From an uncultured delta proteobacterium (GTDB lineage Bacteria > Desulfobacterota > Binatia > UBA9968), in the NCBI GenBank assembly GCA_963771465.1, contig CAVYTU010000009.1:128001-192000 (forward strand): a DNA stretch of 64,000 bases, given 5' to 3'. Positions 54,017 to 64,000 of this stretch are shown here, piece by piece (position 1 is the stretch's first letter; each line of letters begins with the position of its first letter). A model generated the notes under the pieces. That model saw nothing but the letters and a program-made list of their open reading frames with translations. It did not search any database and had not been told where the DNA came from. A program made the translations under genes and the position numbers.

Positions 54017-54098
54017 GTCATTCCCGTGCAAGCGGGAATTCAGTTCTTATGTTCTTCTACGCTCTGACGAACCGGATGTCCGCTTGCGCGGGCATCAC
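54017..54098. repeat. REP-like inverted pair (GTCATTCCC...GGGAAT type)
   Basis: gtcattcccgtgcaagcgggaattcag ... ccggatgtccgcttgcgcgggcatcac. Confidence 0.6.
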
Positions 54099-54164
54099 GA
54101 TATGCGGGAGCGCGAACCGTTTAAAAATTTATAAACAACTACCATCAGCAATTTAGGAGGCATT

Positions 54165-55145
54165 ATGTTCAACAACCAAACCACTGTCGACGTTCACGGT
54201 CACATGACCACTCCCGCGGTTTTTCGCCAGTTCCTGGCCGAATGCGTATCGCAGAATACGCCGAATCGTAAACTGGACATGAGTGACGACCAGCTCGAGG
54301 CCGCACAACAACGCCATTTGAAATTCATGGACGATCGCGGCATCGACGTTCAGTTGATCGGTCCGCGGCCGATCGCCATGTGGCACTGGATGCGGCCGTT
54401 CCTGCAAGATTTCTGGGCCAAGACGACCAACGACGTGATCGCGCGCATCGTCAAGCTTCATCCCGACCGCTTCCGCGGTATGGCGCAGTTACCTCAGTCG
54501 AAAGAAAAAGACACACGCAACTGCTTGGCGGAATTCGAGCGCTGCATCAAAGAGCTCGGATTCGTCGGCGCGTATCTCAATCCCGACCCGGCCGGCGACA
54601 AGCAGGCACCGGGCGTGCACGAAGAATACTGGCATCCTCTCTACGACAAAGCCGTGCAACTGGACGTGCCGCTGATGGTGCATCCGTCGACGACCTACGA
54701 CAAGCGTTTGGAAGTGATTCCGGCCAACTACCAGATGAACAACTATCTGGAAGAGTTCGTGGCGATGAATCTCTACATGCACAGCAAGATCTTTCAGACC
54801 TTTCCCAAACTGAAAATCGTCATCTGCCACTGCGGCGGCGGACTCCATCGCTTCATAGCCAACGACCATCATGTCGGCCAGGGCGACTTCAGCAAAAATC
54901 TTTTCTATGATTCCTGTGTTTACGACGTGAACTATCTGGAAGCCGGCATTAAACAACGCGGGGTCGATCAAGTCCTTTTCGGCACCGAGTCGCCCGGTTC
55001 CGGTGGCGCTATTCGTCCCGACACCAACCGCGCCTCAGACGACATGATTCCGGTGATCGATAGCCTGGCTTTTCTAAGTGCGGAGGACAAGCTGAAGATT
55101 CTTCAAAAAAACCCGCTGAAGGTTTTTACCAAGGTGAAGATCTAA
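54165..55145 (+). CDS. Amidohydrolase-2 family protein (LigJ-like)
   Basis: VDVHGH, GMAQLPQS, YLNPDP, ICHCGG, LFGTE. Confidence 0.85.
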   Translation: MFNNQTTVDVHGHMTTPAVFRQFLAECVSQNTPNRKLDMSDDQLEAAQQRHLKFMDDRGIDVQLIGPRPIAMWHWMRPFLQDFWAKTTNDVIARIVKLHPDRFRGMAQLPQSKEKDTRNCLAEFERCIKELGFVGAYLNPDPAGDKQAPGVHEEYWHPLYDKAVQLDVPLMVHPSTTYDKRLEVIPANYQMNNYLEEFVAMNLYMHSKIFQTFPKLKIVICHCGGGLHRFIANDHHVGQGDFSKNLFYDSCVYDVNYLEAGIKQRGVDQVLFGTESPGSGGAIRPDTNRASDDMIPVIDSLAFLSAEDKLKILQKNPLKVFTKVKI

Positions 55146-55151
55146 AAAGGT

Positions 55152-55218
55152 CGAGGATCAATGATGTAGGATTTACGATCGAATCCGCTATCCTCGATCT
55201 TCCATCTTCTATCCTCTA
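55152..55218. repeat. Inverted heptamer arrays (..GAT)n / (ATC....)n
   Basis: cgaggat caatgat gtaggat ttacgat ... atcctcg atcttcc atcttct atcctct. Confidence 0.55.
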
Positions 55219-55270
55219 CGAAATACGCACAGACATTACAGCGGTGAAAACTAAGACAACGGAGAGCTAA

Positions 55271-57499
55271 ATGGCTTACAAGAGCGTCAACAAGTCAGTT
55301 CCCCGCATCGAAGGTGCAGACAAAGTCTCCGGCAAAATGCGCTATGCGGCGGACTTGGATTTTCCCAATGCGCTGGCGGCGAAGATTTTGCGCACCTCAT
55401 TGCCGCATGCAAAGATTGTCACCATCGATACCAGCAAAGCGTTAAAGCTCAGCGGCGTGCGCGCGGTCATTACCGGCGCCGATGTGGGCGGTGTGATGGT
55501 CGGTTTGCGCATGAAAGACATGCCGCTGCTTGCCACCGATCGCGTACGTTACGTCGGCGAACCCGTGGCCGCGGTGGCCGCCGACGACGATGATATCGCT
55601 GAAGAGGCTTTGAATTTGATCGATGTACAGTACCAAGAACTGCCCTACGTCACGGACCCGGTGAAAGCGATCGAACCCGGCGCGCCGGTGCTGCACGACA
55701 ATCCGATGGCGTATAAAAATGCCCCGGAGCGCGACACCGAGCTGCCCAACGTGCAATCCTACGGCAAGTGGTCCAATGGCGATCTCAAAGCTGGATTCGC
55801 CAAGGCGGCGCGTATCTTCGAGCATACCTTTCGCACGCCACTAGCCTTTCATGGGTACATCGAACCGCACGCTTGCACCGTGCAGATTCACGACGAGGGC
55901 CGCGTCGAAATCTGGGCATCGAACAAAGCGCCTTTCACGCTGCGCGCTCGTTTTGCACGCGATCTCGGTCTCGACGAAGCGAAAGTCAAAGTGCACATTC
56001 TGCCGGTGGGCGGCGACTTTGGCGGCAAGACTTCGGTTGTCGAGGCGCCGGTGTGTTATTTTCTCGCGCAGAAGACCAAGAAGCCCGTCAGGATGGTGCT
56101 CGAATACACCGAAGAGCTGACTGCGATCTCGCATCGCCATCCCGCGGTGATTACACTGCGCACGGGTGTCGATGCGGATAACAAACTCTGCGCCATGGCG
56201 GTGCGCGCTGTGTTCAGCGGCGGTGGCTATGCGGCGCTCAAAGCGAACGCCGAAGTCACGGTGCAAGGCCCGCGGCGCGCTGCGAGTTATTACCGCATCC
56301 CGGCGATCCAAGTCGAAACCCTGTGCGCCTACACCAACCAGGTGCCGTGCACTCAGACGCGCACGCCGGGCAGTCCGCAGACGACCTTTGCCGTGGAATC
56401 GCAGATCGATATCATCGCCCGTGAATTGGCCATGGACCCTGTGGAATTTCGCTTGAAGAATTTGCTCAACGCCGGGGACCCGACGCCGTTCGGGCAAAAA
56501 CTCCAAGGCATCGTCGTCAAAGAGACGCTGCAAAAAGCGCTCGAAGTGTCCGGCTGGAAAAAGCCGAAAGCGAAAAACATTGGCCGCGGGGTGGCGGTTT
56601 ACGAGCGCCCGTCCGGCGCGGGAAAATCCGGCGCGGCAATCACCATCGAAACCAACGGCAAGGTATCGGTGCATCTTGGTGTGCCCGATGTCGGCCCGGG
56701 CATACACACAGTCGTCCAACAAATCGTCAGCGAGGTGCTCGATCTTGCGCGCGAGCGCGTCAGTGTCCGCGTCGAAGATACCGACCACTCGCCTTTCGAC
56801 TCCGGCACCGGCGGCAGCAAGTCTACCAACAGCGTCGGCACCGCGGCGTATCAAGCCGTCAATGAAATCAAAGAAAAATTTATCGCTCTGGCAGCCACAG
56901 AGTTGGGCTGCAAGACCGAAGATCTAAAAGCGGAGAATGGCCGCTACATCGCGCCAGGCCACAAAGCGCTGTCATGCAGCGATCTGATGGCACTCGCAGT
57001 AAAGCGAAATAACGGCTCGCTCACGCATTTGAGCGTTTACGAGCCGGCGCGCGCGCCGATCACATCCTTTGCCGCCCAGGTTGCCGAAGTTGAAGTCGAT
57101 CCCGGCACCGGCCAAGTGAAAGTCAAAAAGCTCGCGACGGTGCACGATTCGGGAACCGTGTTGAATCATTTAAGCTACACCGGCCAGATCGACGGCGGTG
57201 TAATCACCGGCATCGGCTTCGCGCTGATGGAAGATAATTCGTTGGTCGACGGCAAGATGCCGACGGCAAATCTTGGTGAGTTCAAAATGGCGACGGTAGC
57301 CGACGTGCCCAAACTTACGACGGTGTTAATGGAAGCCCCAGCAGGGCCGATTCCCTATCACGGCAAAGCGATCGCCGAGATTCCCAACGTGCCGACCGCC
57401 GCCGCGATCGCCAACGCCGTCCACGACGCCATCGGACTGCGTATATATGATCTGCCGATTACAGCGGAGAAAGTCTATGCGGCGCTGAACAAGCGCTAA
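55271..57499 (+). CDS. Xanthine dehydrogenase family molybdopterin-binding subunit
   Basis: DKVSGKMRY, LPHA, GGDFGGK, GQIDGG, DLPITAEKV. Confidence 0.92.
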   Translation: MAYKSVNKSVPRIEGADKVSGKMRYAADLDFPNALAAKILRTSLPHAKIVTIDTSKALKLSGVRAVITGADVGGVMVGLRMKDMPLLATDRVRYVGEPVAAVAADDDDIAEEALNLIDVQYQELPYVTDPVKAIEPGAPVLHDNPMAYKNAPERDTELPNVQSYGKWSNGDLKAGFAKAARIFEHTFRTPLAFHGYIEPHACTVQIHDEGRVEIWASNKAPFTLRARFARDLGLDEAKVKVHILPVGGDFGGKTSVVEAPVCYFLAQKTKKPVRMVLEYTEELTAISHRHPAVITLRTGVDADNKLCAMAVRAVFSGGGYAALKANAEVTVQGPRRAASYYRIPAIQVETLCAYTNQVPCTQTRTPGSPQTTFAVESQIDIIARELAMDPVEFRLKNLLNAGDPTPFGQKLQGIVVKETLQKALEVSGWKKPKAKNIGRGVAVYERPSGAGKSGAAITIETNGKVSVHLGVPDVGPGIHTVVQQIVSEVLDLARERVSVRVEDTDHSPFDSGTGGSKSTNSVGTAAYQAVNEIKEKFIALAATELGCKTEDLKAENGRYIAPGHKALSCSDLMALAVKRNNGSLTHLSVYEPARAPITSFAAQVAEVEVDPGTGQVKVKKLATVHDSGTVLNHLSYTGQIDGGVITGIGFALMEDNSLVDGKMPTANLGEFKMATVADVPKLTTVLMEAPAGPIPYHGKAIAEIPNVPTAAAIANAVHDAIGLRIYDLPITAEKVYAALNKR

Positions 57500-57524
57500 C
57501 CTGCGGCACAGCTAGTTTTATTCC

Positions 57525-57548
57525 CATTCCGGTGAAAACCGGAATTCA
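57525..57548. repeat. REP-like palindrome / possible terminator
   Basis: cattccggtgaaaaccggaattca, related to the 54017 unit. Confidence 0.45.
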
Positions 57549-57716
57549 CGCTTCTGCCAACTGTTATCCCGCAGCGGTCTGCGTGATGATGCGTCCATTG
57601 TCACAAGCAGAGCGCGTGTTGCCCATCAACTCGATCAAGCAGCGAAATCCCGCCGATCCTTCGGCATTGACTCGCCCAATCGCATGATGCATTGATTTAC
57701 TCACCCACTGAGTCAC

Positions 57717-59570
57717 ATGAGCACAACGAAAGACTACGCCACTGCCGACATCGTCGCAACCGTAAAGCGCTACTGGGGTTACGGCGAGTTGCGGCCGCTC
57801 CAGGAGCAGGCGATTCGCGCCGGCTTGGAACAGCGCGACTCGCTGGTCGTGCTGCCCACCGGCGGCGGCAAATCGCTTTGCTATCAAGTCCCGGCGGCGT
57901 TGGCGGGCCGCACCGATATCGTTGTCTCGCCGCTGATTTCGCTGATGAAAGATCAAGTCGACGGCCTGCGCGAGTGCGGCTATCCCGCGGCGGCGCTCTA
58001 CAGCGGCATGGCGCCGCATGCCATCCACGAGACAGAGGAATACTTTACCGCCGGCCGTTATCGCTTGCTGTTCATCGCGCCGGAGCGTCTGCTCACGCCG
58101 CGTTTTTTGCAACTCGCCGAGAAAGTCAAAATTCACGCGTTTGCCATCGACGAAGCGCACTGCATCAGTCACTGGGGTCATGACTTTCGACCCGAATATC
58201 GGCGACTGGCGGAATTGAAAACGCATTTTCCCAAAGCCAGTATCCACGCCTACACCGCGACGGCGACCGAGCGAGTGCGCAGCGATATTGCACAGCAGTT
58301 AAAATTGCAAAATCCGGCCGTGCTGGTCGGCAACTTCGATCGTCCGAATCTTGTCTATCGAATTATTCCGCGCATCGACGCCCGCGCCCAGGCGCTGGAA
58401 ATTCTCCGCCGCCATCCCAAGCAGGCGGCCATCGTCTACTGCCTCAGCCGCAACGACACCGAGTCCATGGCCGGATGGCTTCAGACCAATGGCGTGCGCG
58501 CCGCCTTTTATCACGCCGGCATGGAAGCCGACGAGCGGCGCCGCACCCAAGACGACTTCGCCGCCGAAGCGCTCGACGTGGTCGCCGCCACGGTCGCCTT
58601 CGGCATGGGCATCGATCGCAGCGACGTACGCTGCGTCATCCACGCGGCGATGCCGAAATCGATCGAGCATTACCAGCAGGAAACCGGCCGCGCCGGACGC
58701 GATGGTTTGGAAGCCGAGTGCGTGTTGCTCTACTCCGCCGCTGACGTGATCCGCTGGGAATCGCTGATCGAAAAAAGCGCGCTCGACGCCAAGGAGCCCG
58801 CCGAAGTGATCCCTGCCGCGCGCGAGTTGCTCGAACACATGCGCCACCTGTGCAGCGCCGTCCATTGCCGGCACAAAAAGCTCAGCGAATACTTTGGCCA
58901 AAAATATTCGAAGCCCAACTGCGAGGCCTGCGATGCCTGTTTGAATGAAGTCGAAGGATTGGCCGACGCTACGGTCACCGCCCAGAAAATCCTCTCCTGC
59001 GTCGCCCGCGCGGGCGAACGCTTCGGCGCGGCGCATATCGTCGATGTACTTGCCGGCGCCAACACTGAACGGGTGCGTCGCTGGGGCCATGAGAAGCTCA
59101 GCACCCACGGCATCCTGAAGAACGTTGATCGCAAAACCTTAACCAACATGATCTACCAGCTTGTCGACGCAAGCCTGCTCGAGCGCACGGACGATGAATA
59201 TCCGGTGCTTCGCTTAAACGATGCCTCGCGCGAAGTCCTGCACGGCCAACGCGCCGTGCGCCTGGTCCAGCCCAAGGAGAAAATTCAAAAGGCCCGCATC
59301 GAAAAAAAATCTTGGGAGAAGGTCGACGAAGGACTGTTCGAAGCGCTGCGAGTCTTACGCCGAAGACTCGCCGACCAACGCGGCGTGCCAGCCTATGTAT
59401 TATTCAACGACGCCACGCTCCGCGACATGGCCCGCCTGCGCCCAAGCACACCGTCAGCCTTACTCGGCGTGCGCGGCGTCGGCGAAAAAAAACTCGCCGA
59501 CCTCGGGCAGCGCTTCATCGACGAGATCATGACTTACTGTCGGGAGAATCGGTTGCCGTTGGATGTGTAG
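57717..59570 (+). CDS. recQ: DNA helicase RecQ
   Basis: PTGGGKSLCYQ, DEAHCISHWGHDFRP, QETGRAGRDG, Zn/RQC and HRDC domains. Confidence 0.96.
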   Translation: MSTTKDYATADIVATVKRYWGYGELRPLQEQAIRAGLEQRDSLVVLPTGGGKSLCYQVPAALAGRTDIVVSPLISLMKDQVDGLRECGYPAAALYSGMAPHAIHETEEYFTAGRYRLLFIAPERLLTPRFLQLAEKVKIHAFAIDEAHCISHWGHDFRPEYRRLAELKTHFPKASIHAYTATATERVRSDIAQQLKLQNPAVLVGNFDRPNLVYRIIPRIDARAQALEILRRHPKQAAIVYCLSRNDTESMAGWLQTNGVRAAFYHAGMEADERRRTQDDFAAEALDVVAATVAFGMGIDRSDVRCVIHAAMPKSIEHYQQETGRAGRDGLEAECVLLYSAADVIRWESLIEKSALDAKEPAEVIPAARELLEHMRHLCSAVHCRHKKLSEYFGQKYSKPNCEACDACLNEVEGLADATVTAQKILSCVARAGERFGAAHIVDVLAGANTERVRRWGHEKLSTHGILKNVDRKTLTNMIYQLVDASLLERTDDEYPVLRLNDASREVLHGQRAVRLVQPKEKIQKARIEKKSWEKVDEGLFEALRVLRRRLADQRGVPAYVLFNDATLRDMARLRPSTPSALLGVRGVGEKKLADLGQRFIDEIMTYCRENRLPLDV

Positions 59571-59665
59571 AAAACTCTAGCGATAGAAAGAGCTTCTTTG
59601 TAAGTGACGTCATTTCTGTTTTGCAATACATGTCGGAAAATTTTTAACACGAAGGAGTCATAGCC

Positions 59666-60478
59666 ATGGCGGAATACAAAACCATCAAAGTCACCCGGCA
59701 GAACAGTTGCGCGACAATCGAATTCACCCCGCCGATGCTGGTCCACGACAAGAATGACGTGTCACCCAAGCCGGGCCGTCACCGGGAGCTTGGCATCGCG
59801 CTGGATGAGATCCGTTTCGATAATGAAATCCGTGTGGTCGTCATTACCGGGGAGGATGACATTTTTTGCATGACCGCGCCCAATCATCCGCACTTTCACG
59901 GCCATTCGCCGGACAAAACCTGGGACGGCCTGCAGGCGCTCCAGCACGTTTTCCAGCAGATTATCGAGATCGAAAAGCCGGTCATCGCCAAGGTCAACGG
60001 CGGGGTAAAAGGATGGGGATCCAGCCTGGTTTTTTCTTGTGACTTCATCCTCGCCCGCGAGGACGCGGTCTTCTGTGATCACCACCTCGGTATGGGCGAC
60101 GGCAATCCTCCCGTCGGCAGACCCGGTGCCGGCATCGTACCGGGGGATGGCGGCTCGATCTTCGTACCGCTGCACATGAGCCCGCCGCTCGCCCGCGAGT
60201 ACCTTTGGCTGGGTAAGCAATTGACCGGTAAGGAACTCTACGAGAGAGGCTGTATAAACGCCGCGGTCCCGGCGAGCGAGCTTGACGCGGTTTGCGATCG
60301 GATGGTCGACGCCCTCCTGCGCAGACCGCCCTATGCGTTGGCGTTTGCCAAGAGGCTGTTTAACCGCTTTTACGCGGAGCGGTTCAATTTGATGTTCGAC
60401 GTCGGCTACGCCTATGAAATGATGAATAAAGAACAGCATGAACGCTACAAGAGCGGCCGAGGAGAAGAGACGCTTTGA
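59666..60478 (+). CDS. Crotonase superfamily protein (6-oxocamphor-hydrolase-like motif)
   Basis: KPVIAKVNG, FCDHH...GIVPGDG. Confidence 0.85.
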   Translation: MAEYKTIKVTRQNSCATIEFTPPMLVHDKNDVSPKPGRHRELGIALDEIRFDNEIRVVVITGEDDIFCMTAPNHPHFHGHSPDKTWDGLQALQHVFQQIIEIEKPVIAKVNGGVKGWGSSLVFSCDFILAREDAVFCDHHLGMGDGNPPVGRPGAGIVPGDGGSIFVPLHMSPPLAREYLWLGKQLTGKELYERGCINAAVPASELDAVCDRMVDALLRRPPYALAFAKRLFNRFYAERFNLMFDVGYAYEMMNKEQHERYKSGRGEETL

Positions 60479-60744
60479 GTACTGCCTCGCGATTACCCGG
60501 CGGGAGCCACGTTCAAGCACGGGCACGTTGGCTTGGTTATAGAGGGAATCCGGCTCGAACTGCCGTCATATGTGGTCAATAGGGTGGAGTTAAAAAGTGT
60601 TTTCGGCGGGTTCACTGCCCGATCGTCCCGAATGAAGCGATGAATACCTGTTGAGATTGAGTAGAAGGAGAATTCAACGCAATCGTAGGTCGCCATAACG
60701 AACAGACTGAACAATTGAAATTCTACTGGGGTGCAACCCTATGG

Positions 60745-63567
60745 TTATTTGTCCTTGAGGTAATACGCTTCCAACGCTGGCTTGTACGACCGCGGCAGCC
60801 AGTAAGGTCGGCGCAGATTATCCGGTCCAGGTGCGGGCCGCGTTTTTAACATCCACTTTTTATACACCTCGTGCGACTTGTTGGTATCGACGAACACGTC
60901 GCCGTACTTATCGTCGGGGCCGGGTTTGGTGATGCGAACTTTTTGGTGCCAGCAATGCTGGCCGCTGATGAAGTCGGGCTGCACCGGAAACGTGAGGTTC
61001 TGGTGCACGCCGCCGTCTTGCCAAAAGATGCGGCTGGAATCCGGATCGTCGCTCTTGAATGGTTTGATGCCGTGAATCGTGCGCATCATCCACTTGCCTT
61101 CGCCCATTTGTTTGAGATCGACTAATGCCGTCGACCAACGTTCGCCTCCCTGCTCTTCGGCCAAACGCCAGCGGCCAAGATGGTGTGAGCAGGCGATGAC
61201 ACCGGGTTTAATGCCTTCGGTGACCCAGACTTTGTCGATGAAGTAACCGATCTCCGTGTGGACTTTAAGCAAGTCGCCGGTCTTCACGTCGAAGTTCTCG
61301 GCGTCCTTTGAATTGAGCCAGAGCGGATTGCGATTGGAAATCTCGTAGAGCCACTTGGCGTTACCCGAGCGCGTATGAATCAACGTCGGCAGACGAAAGG
61401 TCGGCAACAGCAGCATCTCGCCGGCGGTGAGATCGATATTGTCCGGATGCACGTGGCTCTTGATGTAGCCGGGGATCGAGTGTTCCGGCCACTTCCAGTC
61501 TTTGATCGTCTTGGAGAAAAACTCGAGCTTGCGCGACGGCGTCGGGAAACCGACACAGGCTTTGCCGTCGACCTCGACCCCAAGCACGGCGCCGTTGCTG
61601 GAAACAATTTTTGTTTGTGGATCGACGTCCGCGTCGGCGATATCGCCGGCCTTGAGCGCGGCTTCATGAACTTTGTAAACGTTGTCTTCGATCAGAAAGG
61701 CGCCGTACTTACGCATGTAGTCGAGCGCTGTTAGCCCTTGCTTCGCTGCCGCCGCCGGCAACCCTGGCACGCTATTCTCGAAAATCCAGCGATAGTAATC
61801 GTCGACGGTCATCTTTTTACCGGGCTCGTAGGGCGATTCGAAGTATTTGCGAATGCCCAGCGAGCCGTCGGGATCGACGCGCCAGGATAATTCAATCCAG
61901 AACTCATCTTCCTCCCACACTTGGCCGATGCCAGCGGCTTCGTGCGCCTCGTAGGTGGTGTTGAATTTCTTGCCTTGCTTCTCCAAAGCGACACGCAAGA
62001 TGGGCTGGCGAAAGCCGATCCAGCGCGCCGCCTGCGTCTCTTGGCTCATTAGATCATGGCGTTCCGAAGCATGGCCCATCGGCAAAACATAATCGGCGAA
62101 CCACGCCGTCTCGCTCCAGGTCGGCGTTAGACATGCGTGGCGTTCGACTTTGCTTTCATCGGAAAGCATTTCGATCCAACTCATGCCGTCGGGATTGGTC
62201 CACACCGGGTTGTAGACGCGAGTGAAATACATCGCCAGCTTGCCGCGCCCTTCTTTGAGGAAGTGCGGCAGCAAAAAACTCATCTCGAAAAAAGCCAGAG
62301 GAAACTCTTTCGGAATCAGCAGCTCATTCCAAATCTTCGCCGGCGGCGGCATCAACGGCGGCGCCGGAATATATTTATTCGCCGCGTTGGGCGCAGTACC
62401 GCCCACCGTGCCGACCGCACCGACGAGGACGACCAAGAACTGCAGCGCGCGCGCCACCTGCCAGCCGCCAAGATTGCCCGCCGCTGTGTTGCGCCAAACA
62501 TGAGATGAGAAAGCCGAGCCGGCATTGGCGATCTCGTGGGCGACTTCGACGATGACGCCCGGCTCGATGCCGGCTTCCTTGGCGGCGAACTCCGGCGTGA
62601 ACGAAGCGTAGGATGCCTTCAAGACCGCAACAAAAGTCTGAAACGTCTGCGGCTTGTCGCTGTGTTCCTCGCGCAGATATTGTTCCCAGTTAACCCAGTG
62701 GCGCAAAAAATCGCGATCGAAGAGATCTTCTTGCAGCAGCACATTGCACATGGCGAGCAAGATCGCCGCCTCACTGCCAGGCCAAGTCGACATCCAGTAA
62801 TCCGCCTTGGAGGCCGTGTTGGACAAGCGCGTGTCGATGACACAAATCTTCGTGCCCGCTTCCTTCGCCTCGATAATGCGCTGGGCGTGGGGATTGAAGT
62901 AGTGGCCGGACTCAAGATGCGAGCTTAACAACAAAATGAAGCGCGCGTTGGCGTGATCGGGGGATGGCCGGTCGATGCCGGACCAGAATGCGTAACCCGC
63001 GCGAGCGCCGGCAGAACAGACGTTGGTATGACTGTTGTGGCCGTCGATGCCCCAGGAGTGAAGAATACGCTGATGATAGAGCAGCTCATGGCCGGGCCGG
63101 CCAACGTGATACATGATTTCGTTCCGACGCTCTTCTGCGAGCGCCTTACGCACGCGGCCAGCGATGTCATCCAAAACTTCATCCCAGGAAACACGTTCCC
63201 ACTTACCCTCGCCGCGCTTGCCGACTCGCTTTAACGGATAACGAATGCGTTCGGGATCGGTGACTTGATTGAGCGTCGCCGGTCCCTTGGCGCAGTTGCG
63301 CCCGCGGCTGCCGGGATGTTCGGGATTGCCTTCGAAGCGGCGAATCTTATTGGTATCTTTTTCCACCACTGCGACCAGACCGCAGGCCGCTTCGCAGTTG
63401 AAACAAATCGTCGGAATGATCCGGCAATGCTTTTCGACTTTGCGCGGCCACTGCGCCGTATCGTACTCGACCCAGTCGTCCCATTTCTCCACCGGCGGAT
63501 AGCTGGCGAGCCCATTGGGTTCTAATTTGAGCGCGTCCGGATTTAGCGGGATGCGATGATCAGCCAT
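60745..63567 (-). CDS. Molybdopterin-dependent oxidoreductase (DMSO reductase family) catalytic subunit
   Basis: CFNCEAACG...NCAKG 4Fe-4S motif, SHTNVCS, ADYVLP; ATG at 63567 after AAGGA. Confidence 0.9.
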   Translation of the reverse strand: MADHRIPLNPDALKLEPNGLASYPPVEKWDDWVEYDTAQWPRKVEKHCRIIPTICFNCEAACGLVAVVEKDTNKIRRFEGNPEHPGSRGRNCAKGPATLNQVTDPERIRYPLKRVGKRGEGKWERVSWDEVLDDIAGRVRKALAEERRNEIMYHVGRPGHELLYHQRILHSWGIDGHNSHTNVCSAGARAGYAFWSGIDRPSPDHANARFILLLSSHLESGHYFNPHAQRIIEAKEAGTKICVIDTRLSNTASKADYWMSTWPGSEAAILLAMCNVLLQEDLFDRDFLRHWVNWEQYLREEHSDKPQTFQTFVAVLKASYASFTPEFAAKEAGIEPGVIVEVAHEIANAGSAFSSHVWRNTAAGNLGGWQVARALQFLVVLVGAVGTVGGTAPNAANKYIPAPPLMPPPAKIWNELLIPKEFPLAFFEMSFLLPHFLKEGRGKLAMYFTRVYNPVWTNPDGMSWIEMLSDESKVERHACLTPTWSETAWFADYVLPMGHASERHDLMSQETQAARWIGFRQPILRVALEKQGKKFNTTYEAHEAAGIGQVWEEDEFWIELSWRVDPDGSLGIRKYFESPYEPGKKMTVDDYYRWIFENSVPGLPAAAAKQGLTALDYMRKYGAFLIEDNVYKVHEAALKAGDIADADVDPQTKIVSSNGAVLGVEVDGKACVGFPTPSRKLEFFSKTIKDWKWPEHSIPGYIKSHVHPDNIDLTAGEMLLLPTFRLPTLIHTRSGNAKWLYEISNRNPLWLNSKDAENFDVKTGDLLKVHTEIGYFIDKVWVTEGIKPGVIACSHHLGRWRLAEEQGGERWSTALVDLKQMGEGKWMMRTIHGIKPFKSDDPDSSRIFWQDGGVHQNLTFPVQPDFISGQHCWHQKVRITKPGPDDKYGDVFVDTNKSHEVYKKWMLKTRPAPGPDNLRRPYWLPRSYKPALEAYYLKDK

Positions 63568-63578
63568 GAAAAATTCCT

Positions 63579-64000
63579 TTAACTCAGCGGCACAGCCTGG
63601 CCGGCTTTGATCCACAGATGCTCGTACATCCAGAGGCCGAACAAAACTAAAATCGCCGCGATGACGTTGGGCACGATGGAACTAATCGGCCAGAGCATCA
63701 GGATAATCGGCGCCACCGCGCCAAGTCCGATGGCGAAAAGCCAAAACGATTTCGCCAGCGGACCGGTGAGCAATAATTCACCGGCGCGGACCGCGTCTTC
63801 GGCGCCATGTTTCATAAACAACTCGCCGAAGATCATCGCCAGACTGGCGAGCAGCGCGATAACCAAGACCTGATTGAGCCAAGCGAACATCGCCGGCGAC
63901 ATCAGCGCGTAGGGCGTCAATGCCTCTATGCCGCGGAGCAAAATAAAAAACGCCGCGCCGGCAGCGAACGACTGGACGATCAAATGCCAAAACAACATCG
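63579..64000 (-). CDS. NrfD/PsrC-type membrane anchor, 3' part
   Basis: Multiple TM helices, C-terminal AGQAVPLS; directly upstream of the Mo subunit. Confidence 0.75.
   Translation of the reverse strand, partial: MLFWHLIVQSFAAGAAFFILLRGIEALTPYALMSPAMFAWLNQVLVIALLASLAMIFGELFMKHGAEDAVRAGELLLTGPLAKSFWLFAIGLGAVAPIILMLWPISSIVPNVIAAILVLFGLWMYEHLWIKAGQAVPLS

Overview
Bacterial chromosome segment. The gene mix (orphan xanthine-dehydrogenase-family subunits, amidohydrolase, Gfo/Idh/MocA, NMT1/TauA-type binding protein) suggests a Binatia/Deltaproteobacteria-like soil organism; this is inference only. (1) 1-10.3 kb: core metabolic genes (M20 and M19 peptidases, Mo-hydroxylase subunit, oppA-accB-accC-oppB-oppC). 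(2) 10.4-~34 kb: a tRNA-Lys(UUU)/tRNA-Glu(UUC) pair acting as an integration hotspot, with two extra tRNA-Lys 3' ends, one extra tRNA-Glu 3' end, three broken tyrosine integrases and decayed cargo (SRAP, ligase fragment, TadG-like, GIY-YIG/SPOR). (3) 34.7-49.4 kb: a stress/repair block with ku - HTH/TPR - ligD - non-canonical polX/PHP - unknown gene, divergent DUF763, a TreS-like glycosidase and Gfo. (4) 49.6-64 kb: core genes (HO-like oxidase, putative aromatic catabolism, recQ, crotonase, Mo oxidoreductase/NrfD). The top signal is missed by the ORF track: a minus-strand four-gene operon (52613->50484). It starts with a DUF411/CopG-like gene carrying an in-frame UGA at the first Cys of its CxCC motif plus a SECIS-like hairpin. 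It ends with an unannotated 73-aa ORF containing two in-frame UGAs (U-H-N-N-U) followed by a perfect hairpin, a candidate new selenoprotein. Several single-base frameshifts sit in homopolymers and may be assembly errors.
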